Source of the DNA: Guillardia theta CCMP2712
Lineage: Eukaryota > Protista > Cryptophyta
DNA length: 64,000 bases
NCBI RefSeq assembly: GCF_000315625.1
Contig: NW_005434631.1
Span: 62,001-126,000, forward strand
Reading direction: 5' to 3'
The notes beneath the pieces were generated by a model, which was not told the origin of the DNA, did not search any database, and saw nothing but the letters and a program-made list of their open reading frames with translations. Within the stretch, counting starts at the first letter, position 1. Each line of letters opens with the position of its first letter. This document shows positions 14,211-23,572 of the stretch, one piece after another. A program made the translations under genes and the position numbers.

Positions 14211-14630
14211 AAATCTATTACCAGAATGATAAGGCCTCCGCGCCACATTTAGCAAGGGGTCGCCAACATGCGACAGCATGTCTCAGGCCATAACCCTGCG
14301 CGTAGCGCATGGGTGTCCCTATAATGCCCTCATATTGGCCAATTAAAACATTTAGGGACAAATATGCAGAAATTCCTGTTATTTGCATATTTCAGTTACA
14401 ACCCAACACACACTGCTGCCAATAATCCTAGAGACTATATTTCTAGAACCATCTCAAATAACATAATATTACTATAATATATCCTATATTATTTACAATA
14501 AAATCTATTACCAGAATGATAAGGCCATTGCACTGCCCTTGTGCAAAGGGTCGCCAACATGCGACAGCATGTCTCAGGCCATAACCCTGCGCGTAGCGCA
14601 TGGGTGTCCCTATAATGCCCTCATATTGGC
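14211..14630. repeat. Two direct copies of a ~130-bp structured element (14211-14339, 14501-14630)
   Basis: Identical 26-bp head AAATCTATTACCAGAATGATAAGGCC, a variable 20-21 bp segment, then an identical 83-bp tail with hairpins ACATGC-gaca-GCATGT and CCC-TGCGC-gta-GCGCA-t-GGG. Confidence 0.9.
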
Positions 14631-14780
14631 ATCACCCTATCTCATCTCCATCTCAATGGCACCCAATCAAGACCATCACAATAATCTTCATCTGTGTTAT
14701 AAAAATAAAAGCATAGAAACTATAAAGAACCCTCAAAGCATGCAACGCATTGTTTAATATATATACTTCCCTCCAATGAT

Positions 14781-16997
14781 CTATCTTTCATACTGCAACA
14801 AACACTCCCTCTCCACTCTTCTTTCATTCCACTCATCGTAAAACAAATATATCACTTCTGACAACTCTTTTGGTGGATCTATCGTATATCTCAAAATATA
14901 ATCCTTCAATATGCTCTGTCTTTTATGGTCTGTTATATCAACCTCTCTGTTGTTCTTAATGAACCTGTCTGGATTGTATCTTATCCATATCACTGGCATG
15001 CCTCCAAATGAATTCACTATGTTCACCATTCTTGCTTGCTCACATTCACATGGATATGACTTGTGTTGAAACTCATCCACCTCTAATATCACAATATGGG
15101 TCGCATGCTCAAATACAAAGTCTGGCCTCTCCAACCCACAGTTGTCATTATTGATCCTATTCAATGATAAATTATGGTATTTGTAGGATATCCCATTTGC
15201 ATCTAGGAAGTTCTTTATCGCTAACTCCTTCGATTTGATATATCTCTTGTTGTTCTCATCACAATAATAGCATAGATTACTTTGGTCCAAAATATTCAAT
15301 AAACCACACCTCTTACAAGGCCTCTCTATAAAGTTTATTGAATCGGCTCTCTGGTGAGCCTCACAATACAACTGCATGGTCCCATTCGGATCTCCAAATA
15401 ATGCTCTCTCATTGCATTCTAAACATCTCTTAGTAGGGTTCTTTATCATGTTCTCTACTTTATGCCGCTCACAATGGGTCCTTGATTTGTAACCATACTT
15501 TGCGTCTGCAAGACAGCCCTCTAACACACAGATCTTGCGATATACATTTATCATACCCTCCTCTTTGTGTTTTTTACAGTATAAGCCCCTCGTAAATCCC
15601 TCATCATTGAAACACGGGTGTTTCTTGCATCCATCATAATGGCAGGCCTTATATATCACATTTATCATGCCATCCTCTTTGTGCTCGGCACAGTATAAGC
15701 CTGTAGTTTCACCCTCATTGTTGTAACGTGGGGTTTTACTGCATCCATTAAACACACAGGTCTTCTTGTTTATCATATCTATCATCCCCTCCTCTCTGTG
15801 CTCTGCACAGTATAACCCTTTTGTTTGTCCCTCGCGATTGTAGCATGGGATTTTACTGCATCCATCAAATCTACATTTCTTGTTTTTTACATTTATCATG
15901 CCCTTCTCCTTGTGCTTTGCACAGTATAAGCTTTTAGTGTGTCCCTTGTAGTTGCACGATGACATTCTATTACAACCCTTATATTTGCATATATTGTTTT
16001 TCACACCTATCATGCCCTCCTTTTTGTGCTCACTACAGTATAAGCATTTGGTTTCGCCCTCGTAGTTATAACTTGGCCATTTGTTACAACCCTCGAACAC
16101 ACATCTCTTGGTTTTTACATTTACCATGCCCTCTTTTTTGTGCTCAAAACAATACAATCCTTTGGTTTCTCCCTCATCATTGTAGTTTGGTGTTTTACTG
16201 CATCCATCGAATAAACATGGCTTCTTTATCACATTTATCATACCCTCCTCTTTGTGCTTGCCACAGTATAAACCCTTAGTTTCTCCCTCATGGTTGCAGT
16301 ATGGTATCTTAATGCATCCATTGAATGCACACCTTATATTCAGTTTCACATTCATCATACCCTCCTTTTTGTGCTTACGACAGTATAAGCGTCTTGGTTC
16401 CCCCTCGTAGTTATAATATGGCTGTCTCTTGCAACCCTCAAATACACACTGCATCTTTATTGTCACATTTATCATGCCCTCCTCTTTGTGCTTCTTACAG
16501 TACATGCCTTTGCTTTGTCCCTCATGATTGAAGCATGGCATCTTGTCGCATCCATCATGATTACATATCTTGTTTCCTACGTTTTTCATTCCCTCCTCTT
16601 TGCGATCCTCACAGCATATGACTTTGGTATGTCCATCACGATCACAGGTCTTGCTCTCAACATTTATCATGTCCTCCTCTTTGCGATCCTCACAGCATAT
16701 GACTTTGGTATGTCCATCACGATCACAGGTCTTGCTCTCAACATTTATCATGTCCTCCTCTTTGCGATCCTCACAGCATATGACTTTGGTACGTCCCTCA
16801 TGGTTTAAACGTTGTGTCTTCTTGCTTCCAACTTTTATCATGCCCTCCTCTTTGTGATCCTCACAGCATATGCCTTTGGTGCGTCCCTTATAGTTGAAGC
16901 ATGGTGTCTTTTCGCATCCATCGGATATACAAATCCTTAATAAATATATCTCACCTGACTTACACACCGGACCATACCTTGCCGTTATTAATTTCAT
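14781..16997 (-). CDS. EsV-1-7 cysteine-rich repeat protein with C-terminal PD-(D/E)xK-like nuclease domain
   Basis: More than 10 repeats of C..xGCxKxPxYNxEGETKGLYCxxHKxEGMINV, then a Zn-finger-like part and ERPDFVF...IVILEVDEFQHKSY...WIRYNPD, a restriction-endonuclease-like fold common in NCLDV proteins. Confidence 0.85.
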   Translation of the reverse strand: MKLITARYGPVCKSGEIYLLRICISDGCEKTPCFNYKGRTKGICCEDHKEEGMIKVGSKKTQRLNHEGRTKVICCEDRKEEDMINVESKTCDRDGHTKVICCEDRKEEDMINVESKTCDRDGHTKVICCEDRKEEGMKNVGNKICNHDGCDKMPCFNHEGQSKGMYCKKHKEEGMINVTIKMQCVFEGCKRQPYYNYEGEPRRLYCRKHKKEGMMNVKLNIRCAFNGCIKIPYCNHEGETKGLYCGKHKEEGMINVIKKPCLFDGCSKTPNYNDEGETKGLYCFEHKKEGMVNVKTKRCVFEGCNKWPSYNYEGETKCLYCSEHKKEGMIGVKNNICKYKGCNRMSSCNYKGHTKSLYCAKHKEKGMINVKNKKCRFDGCSKIPCYNREGQTKGLYCAEHREEGMIDMINKKTCVFNGCSKTPRYNNEGETTGLYCAEHKEDGMINVIYKACHYDGCKKHPCFNDEGFTRGLYCKKHKEEGMINVYRKICVLEGCLADAKYGYKSRTHCERHKVENMIKNPTKRCLECNERALFGDPNGTMQLYCEAHQRADSINFIERPCKRCGLLNILDQSNLCYYCDENNKRYIKSKELAIKNFLDANGISYKYHNLSLNRINNDNCGLERPDFVFEHATHIVILEVDEFQHKSYPCECEQARMVNIVNSFGGMPVIWIRYNPDRFIKNNREVDITDHKRQSILKDYILRYTIDPPKELSEVIYLFYDEWNERRVERECLLQYER

Positions 16998-17124
16998 TGC
17001 TTCTGATATTCTTTAGTGTCGTTTAAACCTTTATATAATATAACATCTCATTGTCTTTATATAGTTGTCTATCATCCTAAAAACAAATTTAAGCGCTATA
17101 TTCATATATCTTATCATATACCCA

Positions 17125-17523
17125 ATGGATCATATCGTTAACCCTGCTATGACACCCGATGAACTGAAAGCACAACAACGTAAAGAGTACCTCCGCAATT
17201 ATCAACGCAAATATGCACAGACCCATAAAACTGAGGCCAAAAGAGAATATCAAAAACAATATCAAAAGGCTTATCAAAAAACTTATCAGGCCAAACATCA
17301 TACCGCCCTACAAAGATATCATAATATGTCTCCTGAACAAAAACAACAATTGAATGAATACAACAAAGAACGCATCCAACAATTCACTCCTGAAAAAATG
17401 GAACAATTCCGTAAATATCACAATCAAGCTAGTCTCAAATGGTATCATCTCAATAAAGACGATATTAATCGCAAACGACGCGAACAATATCTGCAAAAGA
17501 AAAACAATGCTCCACCTTCATGA
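17125..17523 (+). CDS. Small Tyr/Gln/Lys-rich helical protein, paralog family member 1
   Basis: ATG at 17125. Motifs EYLRNYQR and SLKWYHLNKDDINRKRREQY are shared with ORFs at 27282, 30505 and 31138. Confidence 0.75.
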   Translation: MDHIVNPAMTPDELKAQQRKEYLRNYQRKYAQTHKTEAKREYQKQYQKAYQKTYQAKHHTALQRYHNMSPEQKQQLNEYNKERIQQFTPEKMEQFRKYHNQASLKWYHLNKDDINRKRREQYLQKKNNAPPS

Positions 17524-17938
17524 TTTGTTTTTATCATACACACCTACATCTATCCCCTCATTCAATACACACGTTATGTATACACAGTTTACACTGCATA
17601 CATCTATCCTCACATTTAATATCTACATTTCCCCCTCTTCGAATTACAAAAACTACTCCCTCTCTGCAAAATATTCCTTAACAAAAATTTCACAGCACAC
17701 AAAAATTATTCACCCTCAACCATCCTCACCCCTCCCCCTGTAATTAAATCTATACACCGTCAACCCATCCGCCCCTACATACTCACCATCCCTCATTATC
17801 AAACTCATGCTATCCTCCAATGCCTTCAACGCCTCCACATCCACATTGCTCGATCCCTTCTTCATCTCTAATGTCATCCTACACAAACCCCTCCTTACAT
17901 TACATTTTATTTTCTATCTCCTACGCACCCCACCCACG

Positions 17939-18600
17939 NNNNNNNNNNNNNNNNNNNNNNNNNNNNNNNNNNNNNNNNNNNNNNNNNNNNNNNNNNNNNN
18001 NNNNNNNNNNNNNNNNNNNNNNNNNNNNNNNNNNNNNNNNNNNNNNNNNNNNNNNNNNNNNNNNNNNNNNNNNNNNNNNNNNNNNNNNNNNNNNNNNNNN
18101 NNNNNNNNNNNNNNNNNNNNNNNNNNNNNNNNNNNNNNNNNNNNNNNNNNNNNNNNNNNNNNNNNNNNNNNNNNNNNNNNNNNNNNNNNNNNNNNNNNNN
18201 NNNNNNNNNNNNNNNNNNNNNNNNNNNNNNNNNNNNNNNNNNNNNNNNNNNNNNNNNNNNNNNNNNNNNNNNNNNNNNNNNNNNNNNNNNNNNNNNNNNN
18301 NNNNNNNNNNNNNNNNNNNNNNNNNNNNNNNNNNNNNNNNNNNNNNNNNNNNNNNNNNNNNNNNNNNNNNNNNNNNNNNNNNNNNNNNNNNNNNNNNNNN
18401 NNNNNNNNNNNNNNNNNNNNNNNNNNNNNNNNNNNNNNNNNNNNNNNNNNNNNNNNNNNNNNNNNNNNNNNNNNNNNNNNNNNNNNNNNNNNNNNNNNNN
18501 NNNNNNNNNNNNNNNNNNNNNNNNNNNNNNNNNNNNNNNNNNNNNNNNNNNNNNNNNNNNNNNNNNNNNNNNNNNNNNNNNNNNNNNNNNNNNNNNNNNN
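17939..18600. other. Assembly gap (N run)
   Basis: Run of Ns; ORFs spanning it are artefacts. Confidence 1.
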
Positions 18601-18772
18601 CCCCTACACTTATCCTTGACACATCCAACTCACTCACACTCAACATACCTTATCAGACTACTCTACCCCTTACATCCCTTACTCATTTTTATACCCACAT
18701 CTTCCCTCTAATTCGGACAAAACCCCCCGGCTAAGTCAATTAACTCTCGGACAAATCTTGGAGGATAGTAAA

Positions 18773-19436
18773 TCAACTCTCATGACTAAAGGCGTGGTTA
18801 CACTCCCTCTTATAAAACGGTTCTCTCCTCATCACCTCACCCTCCCTCGCTCTCCTCCCTACATGCACACGGAATATATTCAACGGGATCCTCTCCCTCC
18901 TCCTACATCTACTCCATCTCCCCCAATTCACCCTTATGTCCACCCTATACCTACCCATGTCCACCCTCAACAAATTCAACCATATGTAGATATCACGCAT
19001 ATATAAATACACCGGTATCGTCCTCCTAAATGTCTCATCGTAGTCCTCATCAAATTCTGTATACCATCCTGAATACATATCCTCATCCTCATACATCCTG
19101 AAAAATACCTCCTTCAGATCATACAGTCTTATCAAATCCTCCCTCGCCCTCTCCCTCCGTCATCCCCCTCCTCCTAAACACCCCATTGCTCTCTAATATC
19201 CTCAATGGTATGTCTATCAAAAGTCTGTTCTTCTTCTGCTCCCTCTTCTTCATGAAATAGTAACTAAACCCATACACCTCCTCCTCCAACTTTACCACCT
19301 TCCTCTCTATCTCGTCTATCCATGTCTCTAGGTATCCCCATATCAACTCCTGCGCACAATCCGGTAAATCATTCAGATCTATCATCCCTAAACTTTTCCT
19401 AAACAGTTTTGTTATATATTCGTATTCCCTTCTCAC
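18773..19436 (-). CDS. Hypothetical protein(s) with N-terminal F-box-like motif; possibly one frameshifted gene
   Basis: ORF 19119-19436 contains LNDLPDCAQELIWGYL. ORF 18773-19135 overlaps it in another frame and has no ATG near its start. Confidence 0.45.
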
Positions 19437-19504
19437 TTATATATCCTTACACCATTGTCTCACTCTAAAACATTTAAAGATAATAAGCCATATCTTACTA
19501 ACAC

Positions 19505-20328
19505 ATGGCACTTATCATTGATGTTGAAACCATTGGCCTACCTATGCGTGGAGGTCTCCCATATGGGCAGTTCCCTTCACATGAAAAACTTACTATGTAT
19601 GACGGTGCCCGCGTTGTACAAGTTAGCATGATGCTCTGTAATGAACATTTTGAAGAAATTGAACTTAAGGATTTCATCGTAAAAGCAGATGGGTTCTCTA
19701 TCGATAATTCTCAATTTCATGGTATCACTAACCAAATCTCTGCCACTCAAGGCATACCATTCTCAGAAGTTGCTGATGTACTCGCTTCATACCTCAATCA
19801 AGTTTCACATGTTGTTGCGCATAACGCCAATTTCGATCTTTCCATTATTAACAGTGAATTGTATCGCTTAGGCATGCACTCTATCATCGCTCAGCTCCAA
19901 GCAAAACACATCCTGTGCACCATGAAATATACTAAGATGCTTGTAAAAGCTCGGAATAGTTACGGCATCAAAGATCCTTCTCTCGCAGAACTTTATACCT
20001 TCGTCTTCAAAAAAATATCCAAAACGCTCACAATTCAAAATATGATGTCATCAATCTTCACAGTATTGTTAAATCTATGCATGATTCTAATCTACTCAAT
20101 CTTCATCAGCATATCACATATACTCCTGCTCCACAATGTGTGTCTGAATTGTCAAATGATGAACAACAAGATACTCCCGTGCCATCTGATCCTCCCGAAA
20201 TTGACCTCTCTAAATTAACCCTAACTCAACTTCGTGGTCAATGCAAGGCTAAGGGCATCAAAGGGTATACTTCCCTCAACAAAAACGCACTCATCGAAAA
20301 ACTTAACATGTCTTCCATTCTCGCATAA
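19505..20328 (+). pseudogene. DEDDh 3'-5' exonuclease (DnaQ/epsilon-like) with C-terminal Rho-N/HeH module, split by a 1-nt frameshift
   Basis: Motif I IIDVETIG and motif II AHNANFD are in frame. Adding one A to the A7 run at 20009-20015 restores NIQNAHNSKYDV (motif III) and runs into ORF 20077-20328, ending LSKLTLTQLRGQCKAKGIKGYTSLNKNALIEKL. Confidence 0.8.
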
Positions 20329-20839
20329 AAATTATATTAATAACATTATTTTTGTACAAATACCTGTGAATATGATCATCTCTCACTTGGCAAATTGTTC
20401 ATGTTATGTTCCCCACAAAAACTATATTTCTCATTCTTGCTTTTATTTTTGGCTTTCTATCTTATGCTCCATATTGATACTTTTATATAAATCACTCATC
20501 GTAATTTAAATTAATCCTTCCCTTAGTCAAGATGCTATTGATGCTTATATTATTGATGTATTGGTACGATTAAACAATGAAGCCAAAGATATAAATATTC
20601 TACCTCAATAATATGCTCAAAGAGGTATTGCTATAGAAAATATTTTGTTTAAAGTTGCAAATGATTTTGGCACACAATATATGATACATATTTTTCAAAA
20701 ACTTGTTATAAATTAGGCTACTAGTACACACTTGGACCTTTGAGCTCTTCTTTAATACTTAAACTTTCTTCTCTTGGTTTTAAAGTTACAAAAGTTCATA
20801 AGATCTTGAAGCACAATTTCTAAGTGTCATCTACGTTTG

Positions 20840-21652
20840 TCAAATATATTCTAATGTTCCTGTTTTCAATTCTATCAATTTTATAATGTCCTCATACAAT
20901 TCCTCTGGTATCCTTATGTATCGATCATGCTCATCTTTCACATACGGATATGAAGGTGCCAATTTTATATTATTTGAATTTATCACTATTTCTTCTTTTA
21001 TATCATCCACATCACTTATATCTGTAGATTTTAAAGAGTTGAATACCTTTATAGTGTCCATTTTCTGTTGTGTAGACAGTTGTTGGATCTTAGTCATGAA
21101 TTCCGTCACATTTATTGAACTGGGCAATTTCGTTAGTTCAACAGCCACTTCTAAAGATATTTTTGAAGGACCACTCACATCTAATGAACGCAATACCTCC
21201 TCCGGTAAATCTTTTATTTTTATATATTTCTGTAATGTCTTCTTTGATATATGAATCGCATTTACTACTCTCTCTATATCTCCTTCATACACCTCATATA
21301 ATTTTGAATATGCTCTCACTTTATCATTTGTTGTCATCTGATTCCTCTGCACATTCTCTACTAAACTTATCTCCTCCGCTTTTTGATCTGATATATTCAA
21401 TACATGACAACTTATCGATTCTTTATTTAGAAGTTTCATTGCTAAATACCTTCGTTGACCTGCAATTATTTCATATTTATTACCATCTATCTTTTTCACA
21501 GTTATAGGATTTATCAAACCATTGTTCTTTATATCATTAGCTAAGTCCTCTATACCTGTCTCATCTTCCTCTGAAGTCAATGTCTTTCTCACATTCAAAG
21601 TTGAAAGGATCAGGTTCTTTATATCTATATCTAGGTAATTCATTATTATCAC
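20840..21652 (-). CDS. ParB/Srx-domain protein
   Basis: IEDLANDIKNNGLINPITV...YEIIAGQRRYLA...ISLVENVQR: ParB N-terminal domain with the GxRR motif, followed by a helical/HTH-like region. Confidence 0.88.
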   Translation of the reverse strand: MIIMNYLDIDIKNLILSTLNVRKTLTSEEDETGIEDLANDIKNNGLINPITVKKIDGNKYEIIAGQRRYLAMKLLNKESISCHVLNISDQKAEEISLVENVQRNQMTTNDKVRAYSKLYEVYEGDIERVVNAIHISKKTLQKYIKIKDLPEEVLRSLDVSGPSKISLEVAVELTKLPSSINVTEFMTKIQQLSTQQKMDTIKVFNSLKSTDISDVDDIKEEIVINSNNIKLAPSYPYVKDEHDRYIRIPEELYEDIIKLIELKTGTLEYI

Positions 21653-21879
21653 TAATTAATATGCTTTCGTTTTAAGTAATCTTTATCCCATTTCGCACCC
21701 AAAACGTTTCACTTCATTGTTCTCTTCAAATGGCACATATATTCTCTCTCCATACTTTATTACAAGTCTGTTTGCTTTACCTTTAAATCTCTTCACGATC
21801 CATATCAATTAAACATCAACATCATTGCTACCATTCATTATAATCCATTCTGCCCTCCATATCATTATATCCCTCTCTT

Positions 21880-23550
21880 CCCTAATATGCCTCTTCCTCT
21901 ATTCTAGACACCCCCTGTCGCATTTTCGACTATTACGTTTCCTACTTCCTATAATATATACCAAAAGGTATTATTCGAAAATGCGACAGTCCTTCCCTTC
22001 AACCCACTCCCTGCCTTACATAAAGGCCTTCCAACAAAAACCACCTTCTGCAATGCCATCTCTCTATCCTCGTAGATATATAACTCATCTTATAGGGAGG
22101 GGACTAATCCGAATATAATGTTAAAGGCTCATTCTGTCCGCTCTCAGCTGCAATACCAATATCTTCATCCTCACCCTCTCCCTCCTCACCCTCTCCCTCC
22201 TCACCCTCTCCCTCCTCACCCTCACCCTCACCCTCATCCTCATCCTCTTCTTCTTCAGAACAGTATACTACATCACTTATTTGTTCAACACCATAGTATG
22301 GATACAACCCTTCCGCATCAGTTCGTCTCAACCCATACAGATCTCTTCTTTCAAGTTTCAAATAGTCATTTGAATTCCTTTCATTCAAAATGTCAAAATA
22401 ACATTGAAATATCTCTTTCATTGAGTCATACGTCTCTGTTGCCCAATAATCAAATAGGTCTAACACTTCATTGTTTAAATCTATCATCTCACGTATAAAT
22501 ATATCACTGTTGTATACATCATTCTCGTCATTCGTGAAGTCAAAATACTCATGAATCCATTTTATATTAACTAAGAAGTCATACACAAAACATTCCTCGT
22601 CTATTGTCTCCTTATCTATTATGCTTGTACATCTCCTGTACAAATCTTTATAGAGTGTATTGTCCCCATTGAAACATAGTCTATGCGGCTCTATCGTGTA
22701 ATAATTCTTTTCTTTTCCATCACAAAAAAAACTCCATCGCTTCTCATATACATCGACCATTCCTTCGTCTGATCTCGCATGCTTTCTTGTTATGTCATCA
22801 AAACTTTCTGTTATCTCTCTCTCGTCTCCTATGAACCACTCCATTCCCATGTATAATCTAAATCTCTTGTTGAATGTTGCCTTCAATATACTCTCTACTT
22901 CCTCATAGTTCTTACATTTCATTGTTCGCAGCATCTCCGTATCCCTTCCATACTCCTTGAACCTTTGCATTATCCTTTTTTTTGTTGTGGAACGCACTAT
23001 TCCTATCTTATACACATTCCCATCATTCACTCTCCCATTCACTCTCTCCGGTTTCACCAAGTACACCGTTCCTAGCATCCTTTCTTCTCGTTTTTTATAT
23101 TTCGTTTATATATCTTTATATCCTTACCATATACGTGCGAAAAAATGCTCATTCATGTGTTAAATACATATTCGTCATTGACTGCCTATCCATAAACCTA
23201 TAATTCAACAACTTAACTTTTATTCTTATCAATTTCAGTCTTCTGCTACTAACACTTTCATTATCACTATGTTATACTCTACTCTTAGTATCTTTCCTCG
23301 ACCCTCCATACATCCCTATCTTCCCCAATATGCCTCTTCCTCTATTCTATACACCCCTGTCGCATTTTCGACTATTACGTTTTATACTTCCTATAATATA
23401 TACCAAAAGGTAATCTTCGAAAATGCGACAGTCCTTCCCTTCAACCCACTCCCTGCCTTTCATTAAGGCCTTCCAACATCACACACCTTCTGCAATGCCA
23501 TCTCTCTATCCATGTAGTTATACACTTATGATCTTCTAGGGGACTAATCC
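21880..23550. repeat. Pair of ~230-bp direct repeats (about 21880-22110 and 23320-23550), each with a perfect 15-bp inverted repeat
   Basis: CTGTCGCATTTTCGA-N45-TCGAAAATGCGACAG at 21915-21989 and 23357-23431; the surrounding sequence is also clearly similar. Confidence 0.92.
22104..23078 (-). CDS. T5orf172/MUG113 (GIY-YIG-like) domain protein with acidic Glu-Gly tail
   Basis: GTVYLV...VYKIG...RFKEY...EVESILKATF...EWF pattern at the N-terminus; (EG/EEG)n C-terminal repeat. Confidence 0.75.
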   Translation of the reverse strand: MLGTVYLVKPERVNGRVNDGNVYKIGIVRSTTKKRIMQRFKEYGRDTEMLRTMKCKNYEEVESILKATFNKRFRLYMGMEWFIGDEREITESFDDITRKHARSDEGMVDVYEKRWSFFCDGKEKNYYTIEPHRLCFNGDNTLYKDLYRRCTSIIDKETIDEECFVYDFLVNIKWIHEYFDFTNDENDVYNSDIFIREMIDLNNEVLDLFDYWATETYDSMKEIFQCYFDILNERNSNDYLKLERRDLYGLRRTDAEGLYPYYGVEQISDVVYCSEEEEDEDEGEGEGEEGEGEEGEGEEGEGEDEDIGIAAESGQNEPLTLYSD

Positions 23551-23572
23551 AAAGGCCTATTCACATCCGCTT

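Noticed and set aside
14211-14630. Known ribozyme (hammerhead/HDV/twister) or tRNA
   Set aside because: I could not fit the CUGANGA/GAAA core, the HDV nested pseudoknot or a cloverleaf on either strand; kept only as an unknown structured element.
17807-18734. Long ORFs across 17.8-18.7 kb
   Set aside because: Artefacts of the N gap.
20005-20020. Programmed -1 ribosomal frameshift in the exonuclease
   Set aside because: The in-frame heptamer (C AAA AAA) is not a canonical X XXY YYZ site and no downstream structure is evident.
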